A stretch of 64,000 nt of DNA from Capsulimonadaceae bacterium (GCA_965215505.1 OZ244065.1:1312001-1376000), one strand, 5' to 3'; shown: positions 47,389-57,425, counted from the stretch's first letter. The notes: generated by a model not told the origin, from the sequence alone. Translations and numbers: made by a program.

Positions 47389-48987
47389 ATGTCAAAGCTA
47401 CACCGCACCGCTGCCGCTGCCATCGCGCTCACCGGCACATTCCTCAGCCCAGCCGTCGCCGGAATCCAATGGCCGCGCGAACAGCTTCTCCCCACATTCG
47501 CCAAGCCTGCTCCCACGCAAGATCTCATTTCGATCCCGCCGGCGGGAAGCACGTCCCCGAAAGCGGAAGCCGTTCTGTTCAGCTCGCTCAAGGGCCTGGT
47601 CAACCGAACGAAGCCCCGGATCTGGACGGCGGAAGGAGCAGGAGAGGGCAAGTACGAATGGCTTGCCGAGCTTGGCCTCACCTCCAAAGAGCCTAGCGAT
47701 CCCTGGGCGCTCATCACCAAGTACCGGCCCGAGATCAAGGGCATTATCGTGTATGACGACGCCCAGCCGGACACGATCAACCTCGCCACCACCATCGCCG
47801 GGTCCACGGACGCGCTGGTCGCGTCCCCGGAGCTTGCGGCGAAGCTGACCGGTGCGCCCTACTCGCTCCCGATCCTCAAGGACCTGCGCGGACAGTTTAG
47901 AGGACGGCTCGCGGTGTATCAGTATTTGTACGATCATTACTGGGCCACGACGACCCACCGCGTCCTGACCGGCCTCAACCCCACGGCGGTGTACGGGAAC
48001 CTGCGGGAGTACGCCGTGGCCATCAACTCCACGGTCCTCTGGCTTGATCCTCGGGAACCCAGGGAGAAGGCGCTCCTCGACCGCTTCCTGGCGTCCATGG
48101 GACCCGGAACGCTGTACATGGGGTGGTGGGCCGAGGAAGGGTCGGGCGTCAGCGCCGCGTCCGCCTATGGCATCGTCACCTGCGCCAGCGATTTCTCGAC
48201 CAACCTGACGAACTTCGGCGGCACCTCGCGGAAGGTCACGGTCAGGCGGGCACCGGCGGCGATCCCCCCGGTCGAGAACAAGATCTATGTGGCGTTCATC
48301 ATCAGCGACGGTGACAACTTCCAGTACCTGGAGCATCACTTTCATCAGATGTGGCTCGACCCCGAGCGCGGGAAAGTCCCGATGGGCTGGACGGTGTCGC
48401 CGGCGATGCTCGACGCCATGCCGGGCGTTCTCAACTACTACTACAAGACCGCGACCGACAACGACTGCCTCCTCAGCGGCCCCTCCGGCTACGGCTACAC
48501 CTACCCGAACGAGTGGCACGACGGCGATGCGCTCAACCATTTCGTGGCAAAGTCCGACGACTACTGCAACCGCGCGGGACTGCGGATCATCACGATCTGG
48601 AACACGATCACTGGGGGCATCGCTCCCAACGTCGGCGACGCCTACGCGAAACACGCGCCGTCGTTGCTGGGCTTGACCGGCCAGAACGCCGGTGGGGGTT
48701 TGACGATCTACGACCACACGCTTCCGGGCTTCGCCCTCTCGGCGACCTACTGCGGCGTGATGGGCCATCTGGTCCGGGAGGTCAAAGGTGGCTCCGCGGG
48801 CTGGGACGGCAGATCGCCGCGTTTCCTGATCATTCAGGCCGAACCGTGGCACGGCCTGATGCCGGCCGACTTCGTCACGTTCGTGAAGGGCCTCAACTCC
48901 GATTACAAGATCGTCCGGCCGGACACCCTCTTCAAGATGATGCGCTCGGTCAATCAGCTCCCGACCGACCCATTGGGATCGAAATAG
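47389..48987 (+). CDS. secreted GxGYxYP-family putative glycoside hydrolase
   Basis: Signal peptide, 'SDGDNFQY', 'RGKVPMGWTVSP', 'SGPSGYGYTYP'. Confidence 0.88.
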   Translation: MSKLHRTAAAAIALTGTFLSPAVAGIQWPREQLLPTFAKPAPTQDLISIPPAGSTSPKAEAVLFSSLKGLVNRTKPRIWTAEGAGEGKYEWLAELGLTSKEPSDPWALITKYRPEIKGIIVYDDAQPDTINLATTIAGSTDALVASPELAAKLTGAPYSLPILKDLRGQFRGRLAVYQYLYDHYWATTTHRVLTGLNPTAVYGNLREYAVAINSTVLWLDPREPREKALLDRFLASMGPGTLYMGWWAEEGSGVSAASAYGIVTCASDFSTNLTNFGGTSRKVTVRRAPAAIPPVENKIYVAFIISDGDNFQYLEHHFHQMWLDPERGKVPMGWTVSPAMLDAMPGVLNYYYKTATDNDCLLSGPSGYGYTYPNEWHDGDALNHFVAKSDDYCNRAGLRIITIWNTITGGIAPNVGDAYAKHAPSLLGLTGQNAGGGLTIYDHTLPGFALSATYCGVMGHLVREVKGGSAGWDGRSPRFLIIQAEPWHGLMPADFVTFVKGLNSDYKIVRPDTLFKMMRSVNQLPTDPLGSK

Positions 48988-49031
48988 ATTGAAATCGGAG
49001 TAAACGGCACCGGATCGTGAAAACATTGACC

Positions 49032-49139
49032 GAAGCCCTTGCCGAAGTGGAAGACGACACTCAGGAGCGCGGGAGCCTGAACATCCTGCTGCCGACGGAG
49101 TATCCGTTGGAGGAATAGACCGAGGCAGTGGCCGCTTGA
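49032..49139 (+). pseudogene. 3' fragment paralogous to the 49641-49919 gene, with an in-frame TAG
   Basis: EALAEVEDDTQERGSLNILLPTEYPLEE*TEAVAA aligns without gaps to EDLAAVEDDLQEQEHLNILMATGEPLEEEAEAITA. Confidence 0.75.
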
Positions 49140-49170
49140 CCCCGCCCACCCTCGTCTGAGGCACACAGGG

Positions 49171-49204
49171 AACAGCCCCGCGCCATTCGGCGCGGGGCTG
49201 TTTT
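49171..49204 (+). terminator. intrinsic terminator
   Basis: AACAGCCCCGCGCC-attc-GGCGCGGGGCTGTTTT. Confidence 0.85.
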
Positions 49205-49261
49205 GGCAGGCCCACCGGGTACACTGACGGCACGGAGTCATTTCAGGGAGGAAGAGACGGC

Positions 49262-49654
49262 ATGGCGGACAGGATGTGGGAGGCGATGAGCCTGGAACGG
49301 CTGCGGGCGGCGAAGGCGTTGCTGGATTTGGGGTTCTGGCGCGACAGCATCAGCCGGTCTTATTACGCCGCCTATAGCGCGGCCACGAGCGTCGTCATGG
49401 AACAAGCGGCTGCGTTCCCACACGGGTTCCGAAATCCCTCACACGAACAACTGCCGGACTTGATCCTGAACGTCGGGCGTGTGCCGATGGCGAATCGCCG
49501 GAGGGTCAAGCGGCTGCTGAGGAACCTACGTCACTCACGGGAAGATGCGGATTATCGTCCGTATGCTTCCGTCCCTCGTGACGTTGTCCTGAGTTGCATC
49601 CACAACGCGGTTGCGGTACAGACACTTTTGGGGGTGAAAGATGGAGATGACTAA
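49262..49654 (+). CDS. HEPN domain protein (UPF0332-like)
   Basis: 'DSISRSYYAAYSAA', 'PSHEQL', 'LRHSREDADY'. Confidence 0.85.
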   Translation: MADRMWEAMSLERLRAAKALLDLGFWRDSISRSYYAAYSAATSVVMEQAAAFPHGFRNPSHEQLPDLILNVGRVPMANRRRVKRLLRNLRHSREDADYRPYASVPRDVVLSCIHNAVAVQTLLGVKDGDD

Positions 49655-49919
49655 GCAGCAGGTGGCTCAAAAGGTTCGGGACCGTCTGGTCGGCGTGGAG
49701 CCGGGCGGGGTGACGCTTCATGTGGTGGACGAGGACGTGTACAAAGTGGACGACTGGTGGCGCGTCCCGATCCGGCCCAGCCGCTGGCCGAAACGGATGT
49801 CGGATTTCTATGAGGACTTGGCCGCCGTGGAGGATGACCTCCAGGAACAGGAACACCTGAACATCCTGATGGCGACCGGAGAGCCTCTGGAAGAGGAGGC
49901 CGAGGCAATAACGGCGTAA
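49641..49919 (+). CDS. small acidic partner of the HEPN gene (putative antitoxin)
   Basis: Overlaps the HEPN stop, is followed by a terminator, and has no clear MNT GS..DxD motif. Confidence 0.7.
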   Translation: MEMTKQQVAQKVRDRLVGVEPGGVTLHVVDEDVYKVDDWWRVPIRPSRWPKRMSDFYEDLAAVEDDLQEQEHLNILMATGEPLEEEAEAITA

Positions 49920-49927
49920 CACATGAT

Positions 49928-49956
49928 GCCCCCCGCCAAATGGCGGGGGGCTTTTT
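49928..49956 (+). terminator. intrinsic terminator
   Basis: GCCCCCCGCCA-aa-TGGCGGGGGGC-TTTTT. Confidence 0.85.
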
Positions 49957-51032
49957 CATGGTCTGTACAAAGGCGGCAGGTCGTTCTCGAACAGGGTAAG
50001 CGGGTCCCGGTAGAAGGTCAGGAAGTCCGGCACGCTCGGGTGGCCGGGAAACGGGGCGTAGTAGTGGGTCGCGCTTCGGACGTCGTTGCGCCAGACCAGC
50101 GCGTAGCACAGTTGCAGCCCCTCGGTCTTCAGGGTCGGCAGCAATGTCTCCGTCCACCAGGCCGGGTCGGCGATTGATTCCAGGCCGGTTTCGGTGAAGG
50201 CGGCCAGCTTCCCAGCCTTCCGGGCGTAGTCCGAGACGATCTTGAGCTTTCCAATCCCCGCATCGAGGTCGTACTTGCCGTCCCGGCCGAAGTCGGCGTA
50301 GTCGTCCATCCCCAGAAGGTCAACCCACTCGTCCCCTGGATAGCGTTCCAGGTACTCGGCTTCCGTGCTAAACAGGCAGTCCGGGGAAAAGGCATAGAGG
50401 AAGTTGTGAACGCCCAGGTCGTCCCGCAGATGGGAGACGGTGAAGTGCCACAGGGCGAGGAAGTCTTCCCGCGTGCAGTGGGGCACTCCCCACCAGAACC
50501 AGGCCCCGTCGAACTCGTGGTAGGGGCGGAAGATCAGCGGGGCGAGTGTGCCGTCTCGCCCGACGACGGAGTGAGCGAGGTCGGCGATGTCGGCCAGGAT
50601 CAGCTTATAGTGTTCGTGGTGCGAGCCGCCGGGGAGCAGGTGGGCCACGGCCGGGAGGGACCCGGCGCTCTTCCAGTTGAAGTCGGTGCCCGAGACGGGG
50701 TTGTCGAGGTGCCACGAGAGGGTCGTCAGCCCGCCCCGGTCGTAGGTCGCGATGATGTTTTGTCTCAGCGACGCTTTGGTCTTCTCGAGATCTTCTCTGA
50801 GCCTGCCGGAAAGGCCGTTGAGGTCCACCCCGATGACGGCGGGGTGGGAGCCGGTGACGGAGCGGACGTCCGAACGGTCGGGGTCGCCGGACCAGCCGTG
50901 TCCGTATTCGGTCGCGTGCTGGTGGCCGAACAGGACGTGCTTTTCGGACAGTTTGAGCAGGTTGTCAAACAGCGCGACCGTCTGCTCCGTCGCCCCGGCA
51001 TCAACTAATTTCTGGTTTGTCGCCATGGTCAT
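49956..51032 (-). CDS. GH26 beta-mannanase
   Basis: FGHQH, 'SWHLDNP', 'FRPYHEFDGAWFWWG', 'YPGDEWVD..GMDDY', 'FTETG'. Confidence 0.92.
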   Translation of the reverse strand: MTMATNQKLVDAGATEQTVALFDNLLKLSEKHVLFGHQHATEYGHGWSGDPDRSDVRSVTGSHPAVIGVDLNGLSGRLREDLEKTKASLRQNIIATYDRGGLTTLSWHLDNPVSGTDFNWKSAGSLPAVAHLLPGGSHHEHYKLILADIADLAHSVVGRDGTLAPLIFRPYHEFDGAWFWWGVPHCTREDFLALWHFTVSHLRDDLGVHNFLYAFSPDCLFSTEAEYLERYPGDEWVDLLGMDDYADFGRDGKYDLDAGIGKLKIVSDYARKAGKLAAFTETGLESIADPAWWTETLLPTLKTEGLQLCYALVWRNDVRSATHYYAPFPGHPSVPDFLTFYRDPLTLFENDLPPLYRP

Positions 51033-51057
51033 TTTGGTCTTCCCGTAAGATGTTAGC

Positions 51058-53187
51058 CTACGGACGGGCCGCCACTTTGGCTAAGGGCGTGGCCGTGACG
51101 ACGCCGGCGGCGTCGCCCTGGAGGGCGGTCAGCGGGACCGTGACGCCGCTGCCGGTGGAGGAGACGGAGACGGTGCCGAGCGGGGTCCCGGTCGAAGGTG
51201 CCCACAGGCGCACGGTGTAGCGTCCCGCCGTCAGGCCCGGCAGAGTCACCTGCGCGTTCAGAGGGGCGGAGGCGGCTCGGTCACGCGCATAGGCCCAGAA
51301 GACGGCGGCGTGCGCGTCGCCGCGCGCCAGCGCCCCGACGGCAGGCGCGTAGTTCGTCACAGTGATGCTCCGGGCCATGTACCAGTCCGCGCCGGTGTTG
51401 AAGACGGAAACCGTATGCGCCCCGGCGGGGACATCCACGCCGATCGTCTGGTTGATGCGGCTCTCATTCGCCGTGGCGGGGTAATCCGCCTCGGCGGCCG
51501 CCTTGCCGTCGAGGGCGAGGACGGGGTGGGCACCGCCTTTGGCCGCGCGGCCCACACGGACTTCAAACCGGCAGGCGGCAGGCGCGTTCAGGTGGAAGGC
51601 GATGGGCCGCGCCAGGAAGTCGCGGTTGCTCGTGCCCTGGATGTAGGGCGTGATGCCGGACAGGTCCGGCGACCGGCCATCGGGTGAGAGCGTGACGTCG
51701 AACACCGTGGTCTTCCCCCAATCGCCAGGGGGCGCGAAGGAGAGGTCGCCGCGCGGCCCCGTGGACGACACGGCAGGCGAGAGCCGCGTCATGCCGCCGA
51801 GCTTCGCCACGTCATAGGCCCGCACGAAGCCGGCGGCGGACGCGAACTGCGGCCACCAGCCCCGCCGCTCCACCTGGTCCCAATACCAGAACTGTCCCGC
51901 GCCCGCCGCCGGGGAGGCGAGACTGGCCCAAAGCCCGTCGTGCAGGTCCCGCTCCGTCGCCGCCCCGCCGACGCCCCACTCGCCGTAGAAGACCGGCACC
52001 GGCACGTCGGCGGTCTTGACCGAGGCGAAGGTGGAGAGGATGTCGGGCGGGTAGGTGTGGATCTGGTCGTAGTCCAGCCCGATCTTCGCCAGGGGCTGGC
52101 CCGGTACGCTGTTGCTGGTGGTCAGCAGGTGGTGGTTGGCGTCCAGCGAGCGGATGTAGGCGGCCATCTCCTTGTGCCAGTTGACGACGTCCTGGAAATG
52201 GTCCCGGACTTCGGTGATGTTCTGGACCTCGTTGAACAGCTCATAGGCCAGCAGGTGGGTCGAGTAGCCGTAGCGGGCGACGATGTAGCGGTACTTGGCC
52301 CGAGTCAGCCGCCGGGCCTCGGGGTCGGTGAAGAAGTCGTCGGGGTTCTTCAGGAAGCCGCCGTTTGCCGCGTTGAACGGGTTGCCGGCCCAATTCGGGT
52401 CGGTGTGGGCGGTGTACTGGCCATGGTGCTGCAAGGTCATCTGCACATAGACGCCGGTCCTGGCGGCCTGGTCAAAGATCGTGTCCCAGCGCCGGGCGGC
52501 GGCCAGGTCGTAGCGCCCGATGGGCGGGCTGCCGGTCTGGCCGGCGGCCCATTCCAGGTTCTTGCCGTCCCAGTTGTTCATCCAGATGCGCGCCCAGTTC
52601 ATGTGGGCTGCGGCCATTCGGGCGAATAGCTGCGGGTAGTCCAGGTCCGAGCCGTTCTGCCAGGCGGCGTCCATGCCGAGCGGGTAGAACGGCTGCCCGT
52701 TGCCGAGAAGGAACCGCTGGACGGTCTTCGGGTCACGACGGACGAACCCGGAGTCTTTGGAGGCCACGCACCGGAACCGGCGCGGGCTGAGGTCGGTCGG
52801 GGCCAGGGCGACGCCGCTGCGGGTGACGCTCAGGGCATACGCGCCGACTTTGAGGGGCGCGTACCGGACGCGCCAGCGGTCACCGTCCCAGAAGGCGGGC
52901 TGGGTGACTTTGAGGCCGCCGGGGCCGGTGAAGATCACATTCACGTCGTTTTCGCGCGGGTCGAAGGGGTTGCCGCTCTGGTCCGGGAGCGTGAAAGACG
53001 CCTCGAATTTGCCGTCGCGCGGGATGACCGGCATGGACACTGCGGGCGGCTGCTGCACCGTTTCCTTCGGGGGAATAGGGGCCGCCGCCGCACAGGGGGA
53101 GGCAGCCAGCAGCGCGAGTGCTGCGAGTGTCAGGGACGATGCCGCCCAACGCTGGGTGGGAAGGCGAAAGGGAAGGGTTCTGGACAT
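51058..53187 (-). CDS. secreted DUF5060 + GH5-like glycoside hydrolase
   Basis: Signal peptide, 'NPFDP...AFWDG..WRVRYAP', 'YRYIVARYGYS...AYELFNE', 'FYGEWG'. Confidence 0.8.
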   Translation of the reverse strand: MSRTLPFRLPTQRWAASSLTLAALALLAASPCAAAAPIPPKETVQQPPAVSMPVIPRDGKFEASFTLPDQSGNPFDPRENDVNVIFTGPGGLKVTQPAFWDGDRWRVRYAPLKVGAYALSVTRSGVALAPTDLSPRRFRCVASKDSGFVRRDPKTVQRFLLGNGQPFYPLGMDAAWQNGSDLDYPQLFARMAAAHMNWARIWMNNWDGKNLEWAAGQTGSPPIGRYDLAAARRWDTIFDQAARTGVYVQMTLQHHGQYTAHTDPNWAGNPFNAANGGFLKNPDDFFTDPEARRLTRAKYRYIVARYGYSTHLLAYELFNEVQNITEVRDHFQDVVNWHKEMAAYIRSLDANHHLLTTSNSVPGQPLAKIGLDYDQIHTYPPDILSTFASVKTADVPVPVFYGEWGVGGAATERDLHDGLWASLASPAAGAGQFWYWDQVERRGWWPQFASAAGFVRAYDVAKLGGMTRLSPAVSSTGPRGDLSFAPPGDWGKTTVFDVTLSPDGRSPDLSGITPYIQGTSNRDFLARPIAFHLNAPAACRFEVRVGRAAKGGAHPVLALDGKAAAEADYPATANESRINQTIGVDVPAGAHTVSVFNTGADWYMARSITVTNYAPAVGALARGDAHAAVFWAYARDRAASAPLNAQVTLPGLTAGRYTVRLWAPSTGTPLGTVSVSSTGSGVTVPLTALQGDAAGVVTATPLAKVAARP

Positions 53188-53240
53188 AAGGTTGTCTTTC
53201 AGTCGTTTCGTTCCGGGAAGGTCCGTCTAAGAAGGTCTGT

Positions 53241-54404
53241 CTAAGATGTGATCTTCAGCAATATGGACTCGTGCGGCTCCACGCGCTGGGTGAGCTGCCA
53301 GCCGAAGTCGGCGGCGTCCGCCTGGGTCCACAGGTTACGCGCCCGCTTCGGGGCGTCCAGCAGGCCGACTTCTTTGGCGAGGACGGGCATGTCTGCCCCG
53401 ACCGCCCCACGGTTGATCAGCGCCACGGCGAGGGAGCCATCGGAGAGCGGCTTTTTCCACACCTCACACGGCCCCGTCTGCTTCACGCGCCGGGCGGGAA
53501 CGCCGAGCGCGTCCTGATTGACGGCCAGCACCTCCCGGTTGGTCAGCAGGGCGGTCGTTTCTTTGTCCATGGCGCGCACGTCGCACCCGATCATCAGCGG
53601 TGAACAGGCCATGCACCACAGGGTCATGTGGGTCTGGTACTCCAGAAAGGACAGGCCGCCGCCCGAGATGTGTCCTTTCCCCTTGAGGCCGACGATGAGC
53701 ATGTCCAGGTCGTTCCAGCGGCCGGGTCCGCCGTACTCGTGCAGGTCGTGCGCGATGTCGATGGAGACGTCTACGCCGATGCCGTAGGTGTTCCAGTCCG
53801 CCATCCAGACGTTGACCCAGCTATCGAAGACGTCCCCTGAAACCCGCCACATGTGGCCGCCGATCTCAGGCCCCCACAAGTGCGGGCTGCGGCCGCCCCA
53901 TTCGCAGAGGGAAAACAGGAAGTCCCGCCCCGTGCCGCGCAGTGCCGCCCCCATGCGGCCGTACCGCTCGATGGCCGTCTCCTGATCGTTCGGCGCACTG
54001 CAATAGTCGTACTTGAGGAAGTCAACTCCCCACCCAGCCCATAGATGGGCATCCTGTTCCTCGAAGCCGAGGCTTCCTGGATAGCCGGCGCAGGTCAGCT
54101 CGGCGGCATCCGAATAGATGCCGAGCTTGAAGCCCCGTTCGTGGACATAATCGGCGAGGGCTTTCATGCCGCCGGGGAACTTTGTGGGATCGGCCACGAG
54201 GTTGCCGGCGGCGTCGCGGCCACTCTTCACCGACCAGCAATCGTCAATGACGATGTACTCATAGCCGCAGTCCCGGAGGCCGGAGGAGACGAGCGCGTCG
54301 GCAGTCTCCCGGATCGCGCTCTCGTGGATCGCACACCCGAACATGTTCCAGGAATTCCAGCCCATCGGCGGCGTGGCCGCGAGGGTTGTCGGTGAAGAGG
54401 CCAT
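53241..54404 (-). CDS. GH27 alpha-galactosidase
   Basis: TPPMGWNSWN, IDDCW, GVDFLKYDYC, SLCEWG, WRVSGD, WNDLDML. Confidence 0.95.
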   Translation of the reverse strand: MASSPTTLAATPPMGWNSWNMFGCAIHESAIRETADALVSSGLRDCGYEYIVIDDCWSVKSGRDAAGNLVADPTKFPGGMKALADYVHERGFKLGIYSDAAELTCAGYPGSLGFEEQDAHLWAGWGVDFLKYDYCSAPNDQETAIERYGRMGAALRGTGRDFLFSLCEWGGRSPHLWGPEIGGHMWRVSGDVFDSWVNVWMADWNTYGIGVDVSIDIAHDLHEYGGPGRWNDLDMLIVGLKGKGHISGGGLSFLEYQTHMTLWCMACSPLMIGCDVRAMDKETTALLTNREVLAVNQDALGVPARRVKQTGPCEVWKKPLSDGSLAVALINRGAVGADMPVLAKEVGLLDAPKRARNLWTQADAADFGWQLTQRVEPHESILLKITS

Positions 54405-54661
54405 GGATCACTCCCGAGATGGAATGCTGAATGGAGGCGGCCTCCAAAAGCTGCCGTCCGTTGCCGATACTTTTACCGTGATGAACAATTCTAACGCCCA
54501 AGCCCTGCCAATGCGGACGCTCTACGCGCCCAACCCGCCCCAACTCGACGACCCGTGGATGCGCGCCCTGCTCGTCCTTCTGGTGGTCTTCGGCCTTGCC
54601 GCCCTGTTCGCACTCGGCTCGTGAGTCGGGAACTCCCCTGGCCTCCGTTGCTGAGGCCGGG

Positions 54662-54809
54662 CATGGGGCTGAACCCCCGTGCTTCGGTAAAGCAACTCCC
54701 CGCCTTCGCGGGCAAGGGAGGGCGGGGGGACCCCGCCCCTACACGGTCATAAATCCTCGCCCGCGCCGGCGGGGGCTTGCACTTTTCAGCACGGGGGTTC
54801 AGCCCCGTG
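54662..54809. repeat. composite REPIN-like element
   Basis: CATGGGGCTGAACCCCCGTGCT (54662-83) is nearly the reverse complement of 54788-54809. A GTAG-type REP (54720-42, minus strand) is nested between them. Confidence 0.8.
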
Positions 54810-54820
54810 AGAACGCGCCC

Positions 54821-55945
54821 CTACATCCGCACCTCTTTGCCCGTCTCGCTGGACTCGTAGAGCGCGCTCAGGATGCGCGAAGCCATTAGGGCCTGCTCGC
54901 CGGGAACGGCGACCGGCGTGTCGGTGCTGACCGACTCGACGAAGGCGCGGATTTCGGCCTCGTGCGTGGAGACGCGGGGCAGGAAGACGGGCTGGCTGTC
55001 GTAGAGCGCCCCGGCCTCCTCGGTGTAGATGCGGGTGTTTGCGTCGTTGTGCAGGTCGAGGAACACGCCGCCCTCGGTCCCGAACAGGCTGGTTTCGAAT
55101 CGCTCCTTGTCGTTGTTCAGCACGAAGGACGATTCCAGCACGAGCGACGCGCCGTTCTCGAACTTGATGTAGCCCGAGGCGAAGTCCTCGACGGTGAAGT
55201 TGTTCGGGTCCCAGGGCGTGCCGAACAGGTTGACGTGGCCGGACCGGTGGCCGAACTTGGTGACGGCCGTGCCGCTGACGGCGACCGGCTTGGGGTGCCC
55301 CATCAGCCACAGAGTCATGTCGAGGATGTGGACGCCGATGTCAATGAGCGGCCCGCCGCCCTGCTTGTCTTTCTCGGTGAAGACGCCCCACATCGGCACG
55401 CCCCGGCGGCGCAGGGCCTGGGCGCGGGCGTAGTAGATGTCGCCGAATTTGCCCGTGTCCAGCAGCCGCTTGATCGCTTGCGGGCCGCCCCCGAAGCGCA
55501 TATTCAGGCCCACCTGGAACTTCTTGCCGGCCTTCTGTGCGGCGGCCACCATCAGCTCGCCCTGGCTGCCATCAATGGCGATGGGCTTCTCGCAGATGAC
55601 GTGCTTGCCGGCCTCGAAGGCCGCCACGACCGGCGGCATGTGCATGAAGTTCGGGGTGCAGACGTCCACCGCCTCCACCTCGGGGTTCGCCAGCAGTTCC
55701 CTATAGTCCTCGTAGGTCTGGGCGGGTCCGAACTTCGCGTTCGCCTCGGCCAGCTTGTCCGGCTTGATGTCGCACAGGGCGACGATCCGCACCTTGCCCT
55801 CGTCTTGCAGTTTCTTGTAAGCGGGCAGGTGAACGCTCTGGGCGATCCCACCCGTGCCGACGAGGCCGATCCCGATCGGCCTGCCGCTGTAGCCCGAGGC
55901 ACCCTTTGCCCCGGCGATCAAGTCCGCATCCCAGTCATTTGCCAT
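54821..55945 (-). CDS. Gfo/Idh/MocA family oxidoreductase
   Basis: GLVGTGGIA, CTPNFMH, CEKP, GGGPLIDIGVH. Start at ATG 55945. Confidence 0.92.
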   Translation of the reverse strand: MANDWDADLIAGAKGASGYSGRPIGIGLVGTGGIAQSVHLPAYKKLQDEGKVRIVALCDIKPDKLAEANAKFGPAQTYEDYRELLANPEVEAVDVCTPNFMHMPPVVAAFEAGKHVICEKPIAIDGSQGELMVAAAQKAGKKFQVGLNMRFGGGPQAIKRLLDTGKFGDIYYARAQALRRRGVPMWGVFTEKDKQGGGPLIDIGVHILDMTLWLMGHPKPVAVSGTAVTKFGHRSGHVNLFGTPWDPNNFTVEDFASGYIKFENGASLVLESSFVLNNDKERFETSLFGTEGGVFLDLHNDANTRIYTEEAGALYDSQPVFLPRVSTHEAEIRAFVESVSTDTPVAVPGEQALMASRILSALYESSETGKEVRM

Positions 55946-56032
55946 AAGGTCAATCTTCCTTCCGTCCGTTAGGTTGTGCAGGATAGTTCGGCGCGGGGGG
56001 CCAGACTCCCTCCTGCGAATCATGTTGTGTTC

Positions 56033-56827
56033 TCACTGTTTGGAGAGAATAACGTCCGTCAGCATCCGGTATGGGATGTTCTGCGAAGGGCAGGCTGGGT
56101 TATAGAGGACCGTAAGAGGTTGTCCCAACTCCGTCTTTTCGTAGAAAAGCTGGCTACAGGTGACTTTATTGGAGTAGGACCTACTCTCAACCGCGAACCT
56201 GCCGTCTACCATGAATTGGTACGTCACGCAGAACGCCTTGTGTACGGGACCTGGGCTACGGTCCGTGACGGTTCCTTCCACGGCCAAACCATCACGCAGG
56301 AGCGAGAGGTGCTGTCGGTAGGTGGCCTCCATGCCGATCAACAGCAGGCCGAAGAGGACGAAGGCACCCAACTCGCCCCAAAGCCATCTGCTCCGTTGCG
56401 CCTCGATGCGTGCCGGTGTCACCGTGCCAAGCCGGTAAGTCTCAGGGCGTGACGGCAGAAAAGTTACTTCAATGGCCGTGCCGCGCCGGGTGTCGCGGTA
56501 TTCGTCCTCGCCAACACCTTCCATGCCATCCACCCAAATGCCATCCACCCAAATGCCATCCCCGTCAAAGGTATAGTCAAGGTAGTAGCAGTCGGACTTA
56601 CCGTGGCTTATGTGCCTTCCGACCACATGGGCCAGAGTGGTGCGCCCGTGGGCTTTCAGCGTGTTCAGGTCGCCGAGGTCACAGTCGGCGAGCCACCAAA
56701 CGAAGCCGACCACGAAAAAGAGCAGGAGGAGCAAGAACAGGCGGGAGACATGGGTGGAGGTTTTGAAGTTGGCTGCGCGCGGGACGTCTGTCGTCAGTTC
56801 ATCCGAGGCGGATGTTCCTAAAATCAT
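56033..56827 (-). CDS. DUF3592-like membrane protein with two TM+beta modules
   Basis: Two units ending 'G..I.V.F.PS.P' / 'GQPLTVLYNPACP'. AT-richer. Confidence 0.65.
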   Translation of the reverse strand: MILGTSASDELTTDVPRAANFKTSTHVSRLFLLLLLFFVVGFVWWLADCDLGDLNTLKAHGRTTLAHVVGRHISHGKSDCYYLDYTFDGDGIWVDGIWVDGMEGVGEDEYRDTRRGTAIEVTFLPSRPETYRLGTVTPARIEAQRSRWLWGELGAFVLFGLLLIGMEATYRQHLSLLRDGLAVEGTVTDRSPGPVHKAFCVTYQFMVDGRFAVESRSYSNKVTCSQLFYEKTELGQPLTVLYNPACPSQNIPYRMLTDVILSKQ

Positions 56828-56888
56828 AGCGGTATCACATGTCTATGAGACCCACTTGCGCCCGGAAAATTGCGTCATCCTCCCTCCC

Positions 56889-57425
56889 CTATTTGGAATG
56901 CGCCTGCCGGGGGCGACGCACCTCCAGCGGCGCGACGAAGGCCGGGGCCAGCAGGGTCCAGCCCAGCAGGGCCAGGGCGGGGACGGAAACCGCGCCCTCG
57001 TGGACCAGCTTGCCCGCCGCGTCCATCGCCTGATCCCCGATGTTGGCCGGGCGGTCCAGCACGTCCGGGGCGCGCTCCACGGCGATCTCCGTCCCCTTGT
57101 CGGTCAACTCATTCAGCACGTCGTCGGTGTAGAAGGGCAGGACGGCGCTGCAAAGGGCGAACCCGTAGACCAGCCCGAGCAGGGCGGCGGCCACGCGCAC
57201 CTGCCCGCGCGAACGGTCCCCGACGATGCTCGTCAGCACCGCGCCGATCAGCCCGCCGCCCATGAAGGCCAGCACGACGCTCCCGCCCAGGGTTGTCACG
57301 CCGCCTAGCGGCGGCCGGCCCAGCCCAAGCGCGTGGCTGAGGATCAGCAGCAGGGGGAAGGATGCGGCGACGGCAAGCAGGCCGAGGAGGGCCTGGCGCA
57401 CGGCGACCCAGACAAGGCGCTTCAT
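56889..57425 (-). CDS. hypothetical membrane protein
   Basis: Four hydrophobic segments. ATG 57425 follows AGGA. Confidence 0.7.
   Translation of the reverse strand: MKRLVWVAVRQALLGLLAVAASFPLLLILSHALGLGRPPLGGVTTLGGSVVLAFMGGGLIGAVLTSIVGDRSRGQVRVAAALLGLVYGFALCSAVLPFYTDDVLNELTDKGTEIAVERAPDVLDRPANIGDQAMDAAGKLVHEGAVSVPALALLGWTLLAPAFVAPLEVRRPRQAHSK

Noticed and set aside
54343-54624. 93-aa + strand ORF with a hydrophobic tail
   Set aside because: It overlaps the GH27 start and has no clear RBS. A ~37-aa peptide from 54511 is possible but unsupported.
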